Positions 36,705 to 45,871 of a DNA stretch of 64,000 nt are shown here, in pieces (the stretch's first letter is position 1; every line of letters starts with the position of its first letter). A model generated the notes under the pieces. That model was given only the letters and a program-made list of their open reading frames with translations, ran no database searches and was not told where the DNA came from. Source of the stretch: Candidatus Parvarchaeota archaeon (GTDB lineage Archaea > Nanobdellota > Nanobdellia > WJKC01); the NCBI GenBank assembly GCA_017608505.1, contig JAFCFT010000003.1, forward strand, positions 234 to 64,233. The letters run 5' to 3'. The position numbers were made by a program, and so were the translations under genes.

Positions 36705-38381
36705 ATGGCTGAAAAGACTATTGCAGAAGAATTGGCAAAAGAAATGAAACAAACTAGCGTAGCTGAATTTTTCGAAAGAAACAGACACTTATTAGGATTT
36801 GACTCTAAAATAAAAGCAATGCTTACCTGCGTCAAAGAGATTGTTGACAACGGCATTGACGCTTGCGAAGAAATGATATATGAGTGCAAAAGAAAAAGAA
36901 AAGACTACGTCCTCCCAGAAATCCACGTAAAAATAAGCAAAGCTGGCGAAGACAGATACACAATAAGAGTCATAGATAACGGCACAGGAATAGTCAAAGA
37001 GCAAATACCACATGTTTTTACCCGCCTCCTTTACGGCTCAAAATTCCATAAAAAGAAGCAAGGAAGGGGCCAGCAAGGAATAGGCGTCTCTGCAGCAGTG
37101 CTTTACTCCCAACTTACAACAGGAAAAGCAACTCATGTTGTTTCAAAAACAGGACCTGACAAGCCAGCCTACTTTTATGATTTGCGAATCGACACTTCAA
37201 AAAACAGGCCTGAAATAGTAAATGAAGGCGTTATTGAAAGATTCAAATGGGACCATGGAACCCAAGTCGAGCTTGAAATCCTTGGAACTTACCTTGCAAA
37301 AGGAGAAAAAAGCATTTACGAATACTTAAGAAGAACAAGCATAGTAAACCCTCATGTAAGAATCACATTCATAGACCCTGAAGGAAAAAAAGTAATTTTC
37401 CCAAGAACAAGCGAAAGCGTTCCTAAAGAGGCAAAATCCATCAAACCTCACCCATACGGAATCGAAGTTGGAGATTTTATAAGAATGGCTGCAACAACAA
37501 AAGCAAAAACAGCCCTTACATTCCTTACCCATGATTTCTCAAGAGTTGGCCCAAAAGTCGCAAAAGAAATTCTTGAAAAAGTCGGCGTAAATCCAAGATA
37601 CAAACCATCTCAAATCACTAGAGAACAAGCTGTCGAAATTGTGCGCATCATGCAAAACACGAAATTCATGGCCCCTCCGCTTGACTGCTTAAGCCCAATT
37701 GGAGAAGACGCTCTTCGCAAAAGCTTAAGAACAGAGCTTGACGCAGAATTTGTCACAACAGTAAGCAGAAGCCCTAGCGTATATAAAGGAAACCCTTTCT
37801 TAATCGAAGCTGCTATTGCATATGGAGGCAGTCTTCCAACAGACAAACAAGTAAAAATAATTAGATTCGCAAATAAAATGCCCCTTCAATACGACGCAGG
37901 TGCTTGCGCAATTACAGAAACAATATCAAATATTGATTGGAGGCGCTACGGACTATCTCAAACAGGAGGAAGAGGCATTCCAGTAGGTCCTGCAATATTT
38001 CTTGTCCACATGGCTTCAACATGGATCCCATACACGTCAGAAGGAAAAAGCGCAATTGCGCATTATGACGCAATAATGAAAGAAATGAGGCTTGCGCTTC
38101 AAGACTGCGCGCGCGATTTAAGGCGCTACTTATCAAGAAAACACAAAGCATTAAGACAGCAACAAAGAACTTCAACATTTATCAAATACTCTGAAGAATC
38201 TATAAAAGCGCTTGCTGAATTAACTGGAGAAAAAGAAGAAGTTATTAAAGAGATGTTTAACAAGTTAATTGAAGCAAAAACAGGAGGCGCGCCTCAAATA
38301 AGCGAGCCTGCTGCGCCTAAAGACGAAGACTTTGAAGAAATTGACAAATTCATAAAAGAGGAGGGTGAAGAAAATGAGTAA
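36705..38381 (+). CDS. top6B: DNA topoisomerase VI subunit B
   Basis: Bergerat fold EIVDNGIDA, DNGTGI, GQQGIGVSA; transducer region. Confidence 0.95.
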   Translation: MAEKTIAEELAKEMKQTSVAEFFERNRHLLGFDSKIKAMLTCVKEIVDNGIDACEEMIYECKRKRKDYVLPEIHVKISKAGEDRYTIRVIDNGTGIVKEQIPHVFTRLLYGSKFHKKKQGRGQQGIGVSAAVLYSQLTTGKATHVVSKTGPDKPAYFYDLRIDTSKNRPEIVNEGVIERFKWDHGTQVELEILGTYLAKGEKSIYEYLRRTSIVNPHVRITFIDPEGKKVIFPRTSESVPKEAKSIKPHPYGIEVGDFIRMAATTKAKTALTFLTHDFSRVGPKVAKEILEKVGVNPRYKPSQITREQAVEIVRIMQNTKFMAPPLDCLSPIGEDALRKSLRTELDAEFVTTVSRSPSVYKGNPFLIEAAIAYGGSLPTDKQVKIIRFANKMPLQYDAGACAITETISNIDWRRYGLSQTGGRGIPVGPAIFLVHMASTWIPYTSEGKSAIAHYDAIMKEMRLALQDCARDLRRYLSRKHKALRQQQRTSTFIKYSEESIKALAELTGEKEEVIKEMFNKLIEAKTGGAPQISEPAAPKDEDFEEIDKFIKEEGEENE

Positions 38382-39471
38382 AAAAACTAGAACTGAAGAA
38401 TTAGAAAAGCTTGCGCAGTTTGGAAAACAAGTATTAGAACAAATCAAAAAAATGGAAAATCCTCACATTCAAATCCCGCTACGAAGCCTTTCAAACACAA
38501 TTTTTGACGAAGATAAACAAATATTAAAACTTGGCAATAAAAAGCAAGTTAGGACTTATTTTAACACAGCGCACACAAAAAAATTCATGCAGACCCTGCT
38601 TATAGCCTCAGCTTGCAAAGAGTTAATAAAAAGCGGCAAAACAACAAGCATAAGGGACCTATTCTACATGACAAAACATACAATAGGCACAAGCAAAGAA
38701 AACACTTTTGAAGACCAAGAAGAAAGCAATGCAATCATAGAAGACTTAGAAGTCACAATAGACGCATTAAGAGAAAATCTTCATTTATTTGCAAGCACAA
38801 GGGGCGCAATGGTAGGCAATGCCACAATTGTCGACTCAGGCGACACCATTAATCTTAGAAAAATGGGTTCTGGAGGATGGGGAATCCCTTCAATTGTTGA
38901 AGAAGAAGTCATCCAATTCAAGAATGTAGAAGCAGAATTTGTATTGGTCGTAGAAAAAGACGCTATGTGGCGCAGGCTTAATGAAGACAAGTTCTGGAAA
39001 AAACACAACTGCCTTTTAATGCACGGCCAAGGAATGGCCCCGCGCGGAGTGCGCAGGCTGCTCTGGCGCTTAAATCACGAATTAAAACTCCCTGTTTATG
39101 TGTTTGTAGATAATGACCCTTGGGGATTTTACATATATTCTGTCTACAAACAAGGAAGCATTAACTTAGCATATGAAAGCAAAAGAATGGCAGTAACAGA
39201 CGCCAAATTCATAGGCCTCTCAAGCTTTGACCAAGAAAAATTCGACATCCCAGACAATGCCACAATCAAGCTCACTAAAACAGACATAGCACGCTGCCGC
39301 CAAATTCTTGAATATCCTTGGTTTCAGAAAAAATCATGGCAAAAGGAAATCAAGCACATGATGAAAAAAGGCGTAAAACTTGAATTAGAGGCATTAAGCA
39401 AAAAAGGCCTTGAATTCACAGCAAACACATACCTTCCGCAAAAAATAGAAAATAAAGACTGGCTTGAATAA
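38365..39471 (+). CDS. top6A: DNA topoisomerase VI subunit A (Spo11 homolog)
   Basis: SIRDLFYM (catalytic Tyr region). Toprim motifs VVEKDAMW and VDNDPWG. Confidence 0.95.
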   Translation: MKKMSKKTRTEELEKLAQFGKQVLEQIKKMENPHIQIPLRSLSNTIFDEDKQILKLGNKKQVRTYFNTAHTKKFMQTLLIASACKELIKSGKTTSIRDLFYMTKHTIGTSKENTFEDQEESNAIIEDLEVTIDALRENLHLFASTRGAMVGNATIVDSGDTINLRKMGSGGWGIPSIVEEEVIQFKNVEAEFVLVVEKDAMWRRLNEDKFWKKHNCLLMHGQGMAPRGVRRLLWRLNHELKLPVYVFVDNDPWGFYIYSVYKQGSINLAYESKRMAVTDAKFIGLSSFDQEKFDIPDNATIKLTKTDIARCRQILEYPWFQKKSWQKEIKHMMKKGVKLELEALSKKGLEFTANTYLPQKIENKDWLE

Positions 39472-39646
39472 AATTTTACATATTTAATTTAAAATAGCGC
39501 GTGCTTTGGAAAAAATTAAAGACTAAAAGAATAACATTAAGGCATTAGTTACTGCAATAGAATATTTAGGCAGCATAATGTTTATATTGCATTCAGACGA
39601 AAACAAAAAACATTTAAGTGGAATATAAATTTCTATGTTATTAAGT

Positions 39647-39756
39647 GCCCAGGTAGCTCAGTAGGTAGAGCGTCCGACTGTTACCCAACGCTGAACAGAA
39701 CATTACGGCGTTGGATTGATATCGGATGGTCGCAGGTTCGAGTCCTGTCCTGGGCG
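39647..39756 (+). tRNA. tRNA-Asn(GUU) with a 37-nt canonical (37/38) intron
   Basis: Manual cloverleaf: acceptor GCCCAGG/CCTGGGC, D arm GCTC..GAGC, anticodon stem TCCGA/TCGGA, loop CT-GTT-A. Intron 39684-39720 has an internal CCAACGC/GCGTTGG helix. T arm GCAGG-TTCGAGT-CCTGT. No encoded CCA. Confidence 0.85.
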
Positions 39757-39788
39757 CATTACTTTCTTTTAAATAATAATTTCAACTC
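39751..39788. repeat. Direct repeat, left copy (att-like) at the tRNA-Asn 3' end
   Basis: TGGGCGCATTACTTTCTTTTAAATAATAATTTCAACTC, identical to 41647-41684. Covers the last 6 nt of the tRNA and an orphan copy of the 3' end of the 41655-41924 gene. Confidence 0.9.
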
Positions 39789-39932
39789 ACATAGTGGCGA
39801 TCATCAATGACTTAAAGATAATAAATGGGAAAAGTACAGATGTTATGAAAAGATATTAAAAACCTTGAAATTTGCAGAAAGTATTTATTCGTAAACGTAT
39901 TTAAATATTAATGTTAATAATTAGGTATCGCT

Positions 39933-40403
39933 ATGGTTCAGGCTGGAGTGCTTGGGGAGAGTAAAACAATTACGCCAGGCTCGTCTATTGATGAATTGCT
40001 TGACAAGTACTTAAGTAAATCTAAGTATGCTAAGAAGCTTAAGCCTGATGAGTTAGTTCGTAAGAAGAATAAATTATACAATTTACTCTTGGAGGTTGGC
40101 AAGACAAAACTAAAGGATGTTGAGGAAGTATTAAGTCTTTACCAGAGCATTCCTTTATGGCAGAATTCAAAGGACTTGCCAGATGATGCTAACTTGCTTG
40201 ACGCTGTGTTAAGGGAGGAGGAATGGGTTTACAAGCCAGACGCATTAGAATACTTGTTAGAGAAGTACAAAAAGGAAGGTGGAAAAGACTTCAGGATTAT
40301 TTTACATTACCATAACGGAGTCATTACTAGTGGAAGGCCTGATTATAAGACTAAATATTCTACTCTTAAGGCAGTGGCTAAGTACCTAGGAGATACATTA
40401 TAG
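39933..40403 (+). CDS. Hypothetical protein (156 aa) inside the tRNA-Asn island
   Basis: ORF with AAG-rich Lys codon usage unlike the flanking genes. Confidence 0.4.
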   Translation: MVQAGVLGESKTITPGSSIDELLDKYLSKSKYAKKLKPDELVRKKNKLYNLLLEVGKTKLKDVEEVLSLYQSIPLWQNSKDLPDDANLLDAVLREEEWVYKPDALEYLLEKYKKEGGKDFRIILHYHNGVITSGRPDYKTKYSTLKAVAKYLGDTL

Positions 40404-41540
40404 TCTGTAGCGCTTGTACACGTTCTTGCATGGACTGCCGTAACAATAGAAGTACTCACTACTAGTTAGATTAAAGATTAATGAGGCGACAGTTATTACG
40501 CCACTGTCGTGTCCGCAAATGCCTGTCCCTGCATGTCTAAAGTGTGACCTAAGTAGCCCTATTACTCTTCCAATCAAGTCATTGTTTAAAGGATAATTAA
40601 TCAGTGTTTTTGCAATTACATCGACAGTGACGTACCTGTGCATTGAGTCGGTGTAATCCCTTTCAGTCTTAGCATTAGGAATTTTCTTAATTGAATGATT
40701 AGTTGATATAATGTAGTTGTCAGACTCTCTACATTTGCACGCCACTCCATCCTTAGAAGATAGTTTTTCAACAACAATTGCTTTGTCCTTGTTAAAAAGG
40801 AGTAAGTTATAGCCGCTAATGCATGGCGTATTCTCTGCAATCTCCTTTGCTTTATTCAAACTTGATGCCTCGTTAAGTATTTTCTGGACAACCAGTGATG
40901 GTGGCAGGCCAGCATGACTTCTAAGAAAAGACTCCTTTTCATCTTCATCCTTTATTGTGCCATAATCTTTTAAGATTTTTTTGTAGTCTCTTTCAAGACC
41001 ATTTTTAGGTCTTAGCGTGTTGAGAAATACTCCTATGCTCTTCTCATTAACACCTGCTATAGAGCCAATCAGCGGTGTTAGAGTAACTGATAAGGATTTG
41101 TGAAAGCCTGGAGGGTGATTACTCCTTAAGATGGTGTATTGTAGCGCTCTTGACTTAAGGTCTACATTGCCTCCAGCAACCTTCTTGCATAGGACAAATG
41201 AAGTGCATCCTTCTTGATTGCGAACAGATTCAATAAATAATCCATCAAGGATGCCGAGACGCATAAGTGGCTCTTTCTCATCTATGTATGTTCCTTCATA
41301 TTCTTTTTTATCTTTACTATCTAAGTAGTTAAATAGTTCGGTAGCATAGCCTTGAAGCTCGTCCCAAAACGTGTTTCTTTCAAAGAAGTTTATACTTTTA
41401 ATCATTAAATCAGAAACGGCTCCAATTTCGTCTTCTTGTTCTATTAATGGTTTGCCACCAAGTCTATACGTTTTTAACGTATGCAATATGTTCTTATGGT
41501 ATGCTCTTGCTAGATTCCTGCCTAAATCATAAAAAGACAT
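40398..41540 (-). CDS. Peptidase C45 / acyl-CoA:6-APA acyltransferase-like Ntn hydrolase candidate
   Basis: 380 aa. NQEGCTSFVL resembles the autoproteolytic GCT(S/T)F nucleophile site of the C45/choloylglycine-type Ntn hydrolases. Overall size fits. Confidence 0.5.
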   Translation of the reverse strand: MSFYDLGRNLARAYHKNILHTLKTYRLGGKPLIEQEDEIGAVSDLMIKSINFFERNTFWDELQGYATELFNYLDSKDKKEYEGTYIDEKEPLMRLGILDGLFIESVRNQEGCTSFVLCKKVAGGNVDLKSRALQYTILRSNHPPGFHKSLSVTLTPLIGSIAGVNEKSIGVFLNTLRPKNGLERDYKKILKDYGTIKDEDEKESFLRSHAGLPPSLVVQKILNEASSLNKAKEIAENTPCISGYNLLLFNKDKAIVVEKLSSKDGVACKCRESDNYIISTNHSIKKIPNAKTERDYTDSMHRYVTVDVIAKTLINYPLNNDLIGRVIGLLRSHFRHAGTGICGHDSGVITVASLIFNLTSSEYFYCYGSPCKNVYKRYRL

Positions 41541-41646
41541 TAATTTAAAAATAAGTTAGAATATTTATTTAATTTTCTAATGTTTGTTTTTATGATTTTT
41601 CTTTTTTGAAGCCTTAAAAATATTAAAATAGTTGAGGTCGTTATTT

Positions 41647-41684
41647 TGGGCGCATTACTTTCTTTTAAATAATAATTTCAACTC
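41647..41684. repeat. Direct repeat, right copy (att-like)
   Basis: Identical 38 nt to 39751-39788. Contains the stop and last 9 codons of the 89-aa membrane protein gene. Confidence 0.9.
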
Positions 41685-41924
41685 GCACAGCAACATTTTG
41701 TAATTAAGAGCAAAGTGTATTGCAATTAAAAAGCTCATTAAAAAGCTAGGAAGTGTGTGGACAGATTGAAGTGTGCCTTTGTCAAAGCCAAAAAAGGTCC
41801 AGCCAGTTTCACGAGCTATTCGACTGCTAGGAGCAAAATGCAATCCAAGGCCACTAAAGAACACAATGATAAAGAAAAGCAACAGCAATAATGAAATTGC
41901 GCCTCTTAATTTGACAATATTCAT
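41655..41924 (-). CDS. Small membrane protein (DUF4405-like, 2-3 TM, conserved His)
   Basis: ISLLLLLFFIIVFFSGLGLHF...SVHTLPSFLMSFLIAIHFALN. Confidence 0.5.
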   Translation of the reverse strand: MNIVKLRGAISLLLLLFFIIVFFSGLGLHFAPSSRIARETGWTFFGFDKGTLQSVHTLPSFLMSFLIAIHFALNYKMLLCELKLLFKRK

Positions 41925-41956
41925 TTATCAAGAATAAAATGTTTCTTTTTTAAAAA

Positions 41957-42256
41957 CTATTCGTTTAAAGCTTCGTTGATTAAAAACCCAGGCCACTCCC
42001 AGCAATTGAATTTTTTGCACATAAAAGGCTTAATATCATGAATTGTGCATTTATTGTCCTTGCTTAAAAATGGGCATTTTGGAAGTTTTTTCCCATCAGA
42101 GTCAAACCAAGCAAGGAAGTGTCTGCCATTCCATTTAAGAAATTTAATGATATCAAAACGCCCCATTTGGGCGTATTTTTTGACTTCTTCTCTGCTTATA
42201 GTGATAAGACCGCAATAGTATTTGCAGCATCTTCCGCATTGAATGCAAATTTCCAT
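41957..42256 (-). CDS. YkgJ-family Zn/Fe-chelating domain protein (UPF0153)
   Basis: MEICIQCGRCCKYYCG...CPFLSKDNKCTIHDIKPFMCKKF. True ATG at 42256; the track ORF extension to 42493 is hydrophobic junk. Confidence 0.7.
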   Translation of the reverse strand: MEICIQCGRCCKYYCGLITISREEVKKYAQMGRFDIIKFLKWNGRHFLAWFDSDGKKLPKCPFLSKDNKCTIHDIKPFMCKKFNCWEWPGFLINEALNE

Positions 42257-42290
42257 ACAAATATTTATAGGATAAATGATAATAATTTTA

Positions 42291-42521
42291 ATGGATTTAA
42301 AAACAGTGCTCGACAGTATTGATGAAGCAGTTCTTTTGACTGACAAGAAAGGGCAGGTGATAGACGCTAATAAAAATGTCAAAAACATATTTGGATTAAG
42401 TAAAAAAGAAATAATTGGAAAAAAATACACAGTGCTTGGAATTAAAAAAAGAGGCGGGATACAAAAGTTTAAAGAGAAGATTGCAAAAATCAAAGTGAAG
42501 AAGATAGTGACGGCTTTTTAA
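42291..42521 (+). CDS. PAS-domain protein (short)
   Basis: MDLKTVLDSIDEAVLLTDKKGQVIDANKNVKNIFGLSKKEIIGKK is a PAS N-terminal pattern. Confidence 0.5.
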   Translation: MDLKTVLDSIDEAVLLTDKKGQVIDANKNVKNIFGLSKKEIIGKKYTVLGIKKRGGIQKFKEKIAKIKVKKIVTAF

Positions 42522-43009
42522 TGATAATTAAAGATGTCACAGAAGAAGAACATTTAAAAAATATAGCAAAATTAAATCAGGAGATTATTAAAAAAGCGTC
42601 TTTTAGGATATACATTGTAAATGAAAATGGCATTATCGAGTTTGTCAATAATGCAATAATTAAGATGTCTGGAACGAGTAGAGAGCAGTTTATTGGAATG
42701 AATGTTTTTGAACTTCCTACATATAAAAAGAAGCCGAAAGGAAAAATAGATGAAGAAATTAAAAAACACATTAGAATGCTGGGAAGCGCTTTGTATAGCA
42801 TTAGTCCGGAGATACATGAAGAAGATTGGAATTGTGTTTTAAAATTTGCAAAAGAAAACAGGATTAAAAACTGCCAATTTTGGCTTAGAGGCTGGCCTGA
42901 TGTTCCAAATCCAAAAGTGAAAGCTGAAACAATAATGAAAGCAATGAACTTGGAAGAAAAATACGGAGTAAAAATTTATTTTGACATAAATCCAGAATAT
43001 ATAGTGTGA
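42521..43009 (+). CDS. PAS-like domain protein
   Basis: ASFRIYIVNENGIIEFVNNAIIKMSGTSREQFIGMNVFEL. TAATG junction with the upstream PAS ORF. Confidence 0.45.
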   Translation: MIIKDVTEEEHLKNIAKLNQEIIKKASFRIYIVNENGIIEFVNNAIIKMSGTSREQFIGMNVFELPTYKKKPKGKIDEEIKKHIRMLGSALYSISPEIHEEDWNCVLKFAKENRIKNCQFWLRGWPDVPNPKVKAETIMKAMNLEEKYGVKIYFDINPEYIV

Positions 43010-44365
43010 CTATTCAAGCATTCTTTTTTCGTATTTTTTTAAATAATTGATAGATGTGTTTACGTCTGCAAAGAGTTTTTCCACTTCTTCTACATGCTCT
43101 TTTTTAACAGCGCTGTTGCCTGCAACAATGCTTGCAGGAGCAAGGAGATGCACAGCATGCCTTAAGCTGGTCTTGTCGCCAATGCTTGTTAAATAATCCA
43201 AAGCTTCTGGAGAGAGTTCAATGCCTTCAACTTTGCTTCTTATTTTTAATATTTCCTTAATTTCGCTAGCAGAGTAATCTGAAGTATTGATTATTAATAG
43301 GCGGTCTATTAAGTCAAGGGGCATGCCGTGAGGCGCTTTGATGCTTGTGCCTCTGATTTCGCTCATTCCTCTGTTTGTCGCGAAAATTATAATAGGTGCA
43401 AGTTCGCCTTCCATAGCCCTGTTAAGAAAAGCAAAAGATTCTATGTCAAGCATGCTGCATTCGTCTATAAAAAGAACACCAGGAATTATTTCTGCTTTTC
43501 CGCTTTCAACCCAAGATTTAACTGTGCTGTTTATTTCAGACCTTAGTTCGCTGTCAACTTCTTTGCTTGACCCGCCAAATAAAACGCTGAAAAAGTCGCT
43601 CCTTGCAGCGCGCGCATTTAATACATCCATTTGATGAAGAGTTAAAGTGTAAACAAATTCTTTGTTTTTTAAAACAGTTCCAGAAGGCACAGGCAATAAT
43701 TCTTCAGCGCTTAAGTCTAGTTTTTTATCTTTAGCATATTTGCTGGATTTTCCTAATTTTACTACTTTGTTGCCGTCTGCATCGATTTGAATAACATCGC
43801 CTTCGCTTACGCCTTGCTGAAGAAATTGAAGTGCAAAAGCCTGGTCCATGCTTAAGCTCTTGCATTCTTCAGTAGTGCAAAGCTTAACAGTCGCGCTGAC
43901 TGGAATCTGCTGATAAGGATTGTAAGGATGCGCTTCCTTTTCTATGTCAAGCTTTTCAACAACGCCCTCATAGATTTTTCTCATCTCTTTAATTCTTACG
44001 CCAATAGCCTTTCTTAGAGCTTGGGTAAGAAACTCGGTTTTTTTAATCTCAGCGCTGTAAATTTCACTTGCTGTTATCGGAACAAATGGCACGTCTCTGC
44101 CTAATTCTTTTGCCATGCCAAGGGCAACTGCAGTTTTGCCAGTTCCTGGAGGGCCCGCAATAAGCACTGCTCTTCCTGCAAATTTGCCGCTTTTTACAAG
44201 CTCTACAACTATGCCCGCTGCCTCTCTTGCTTTTTCTTGCCCGACTAAGCCGTCTGCTTTCTTTTTGGCTTTAAGACCTTTAAGACCTAATCCTGTGATG
44301 TGAGAATGGGCGCTTACGCGCTCCCAGTCCTTTATAGACTCGGGCAGCTCCTTAATTTCTGCCAT
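43010..44365 (-). CDS. RuvB-like / TIP49 AAA+ ATPase
   Basis: ERVSAHSHITGLGL, GQEKAREAAG, Walker [12 protein letters not shown], inserted OB-like domain II, Walker B VLFIDECSML. Confidence 0.9.
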   Translation of the reverse strand: MAEIKELPESIKDWERVSAHSHITGLGLKGLKAKKKADGLVGQEKAREAAGIVVELVKSGKFAGRAVLIAGPPGTGKTAVALGMAKELGRDVPFVPITASEIYSAEIKKTEFLTQALRKAIGVRIKEMRKIYEGVVEKLDIEKEAHPYNPYQQIPVSATVKLCTTEECKSLSMDQAFALQFLQQGVSEGDVIQIDADGNKVVKLGKSSKYAKDKKLDLSAEELLPVPSGTVLKNKEFVYTLTLHQMDVLNARAARSDFFSVLFGGSSKEVDSELRSEINSTVKSWVESGKAEIIPGVLFIDECSMLDIESFAFLNRAMEGELAPIIIFATNRGMSEIRGTSIKAPHGMPLDLIDRLLIINTSDYSASEIKEILKIRSKVEGIELSPEALDYLTSIGDKTSLRHAVHLLAPASIVAGNSAVKKEHVEEVEKLFADVNTSINYLKKYEKRMLE

Positions 44366-44420
44366 AGATTTTTAGATGTAAAAAATAACTTTTAAAATTT
44401 ACTGTGCCTTAAGAATAATA

Positions 44421-45113
44421 GTGGATATTGTTTTAGAAGTTAAAAATTTGAATGTGTCTTTTAATAATGAAGCAGTTATTAAGGACTTAAGCTTTGATGT
44501 CAAAAAAAGCGAAGTGCTGGTGATTTTAGGTCCAAACGGCGCAGGAAAAACAACCCTTTTAAGAACACTTTTAGGCATTGTTCCGCATACAGGAGAAATC
44601 ATCTGGCGCACTAAAAACATAAGTTACCTTCCGCCCCAGGAATTTGTGCAAAGAAAAAATATGCCCCCTTTAAGCGTGCTGGAATTTTTTAAAATAAAAA
44701 ATGATTCTTTAAAAAGAATTAAAGAAATAATAAATATGGTCGGGCTTGACAAAAGCATATTAAATAAAGAGTTTTATAATTTATCAACAGGCCAATTTCA
44801 AAGGATGCTTATAGCATGGGCGCTGATTAACAAGCCTGAAGTGTTGCTTCTTGACGAGCCTGCAAGCGGAATAGATATTGGTGGAGAAGAAACAATATAT
44901 TCTTTGTTGCATAAATTTTGGGAAAAATGGGGAATTACAATACTTATGGTAACGCACGATTTAAATATTGTGTGGGAGCATGCCACAAATGTTTTGTGTT
45001 TAAATAAAAGAGGCTTGTGCTACGGGCCTCCTGAAAAAGTGCTTGCGCCAAAAAGATTAAAAGAACTTTATGGCGTTGGAATAAAATTTTACAAACACAA
45101 GGTGAAAAAATGA
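44421..45113 (+). CDS. Metal (Zn/Mn-type) ABC transporter ATP-binding protein
   Basis: GPNGAGKTTLL, LSTGQFQRMLIAWAL, LLLDEPASGID. Overlaps the ABC-3 permease gene. Confidence 0.85.
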   Translation: MDIVLEVKNLNVSFNNEAVIKDLSFDVKKSEVLVILGPNGAGKTTLLRTLLGIVPHTGEIIWRTKNISYLPPQEFVQRKNMPPLSVLEFFKIKNDSLKRIKEIINMVGLDKSILNKEFYNLSTGQFQRMLIAWALINKPEVLLLDEPASGIDIGGEETIYSLLHKFWEKWGITILMVTHDLNIVWEHATNVLCLNKRGLCYGPPEKVLAPKRLKELYGVGIKFYKHKVKK

Positions 45114-45871
45114 TTGAATTAATGTATGCTTTAATAATAGGAGGATTTACAGGATGGCTTGCAGGATACATGGGCTCATTAATGCTTACTAAAAGAATGG
45201 CCCTTGCAGGAGGGGCGCTGGGCCACTTGACTCTTCCAGGGATTACATTGGCATTGATTTACGGATTTGATGTCACTTTAGGCGCCTTAGCATTCTTAAT
45301 ACTTGGAATAACATTAATATGGTTTTTTGAAAAGAAAACAAAGCAACCAATGGAGGCCTTAACTGCAGTTGTTTTTGCTTCCTCAGTTGCAGTGGCATTT
45401 CTTTTTCTTAAACAAGAGCAGGTTGTTCCAGCCCTTATTGGCGACGTATCAAAACTAACAATAGATGTTGTGATTGCAACTGCATTTGCGTCAATTGCAA
45501 TTTTTTTAATTGTTAAAAGATACCTTCTTAAGATGACATTAATAAACATTTCAAGAGACCTTGCAATAAGCGAAGGCATAAATGTAGACAAATACAATCT
45601 CTTGTATCTTGCTTGCGTTGCAGTAACAGTCGCGATAGGCGTAAGAATTGTAGGAGGGCTTATGACAGCAGCGATAGTTGCAATACCTGCAGTAGCAAGC
45701 AGAATAGTAAGTAGAACATTAAAAAGCTATGTTTACACATCAGCATTTTTTGGAGCTCTTGCCTGCGTTGCAGGCATACTGATGAACTATGCAACAGGCC
45801 TTCCTGCAGGCCCCATGATAATAATTTCAAACGCTGTGATCTTTTTTATTGCAGCATTAAAACCATCCTAA
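45110..45871 (+). CDS. ABC-3 family metal transporter permease
   Basis: Polytopic protein of 253 aa, translationally coupled to the ATPase. Resembles ZnuB/MntB-type permeases. Confidence 0.8.
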   Translation: MIELMYALIIGGFTGWLAGYMGSLMLTKRMALAGGALGHLTLPGITLALIYGFDVTLGALAFLILGITLIWFFEKKTKQPMEALTAVVFASSVAVAFLFLKQEQVVPALIGDVSKLTIDVVIATAFASIAIFLIVKRYLLKMTLINISRDLAISEGINVDKYNLLYLACVAVTVAIGVRIVGGLMTAAIVAIPAVASRIVSRTLKSYVYTSAFFGALACVAGILMNYATGLPAGPMIIISNAVIFFIAALKPS

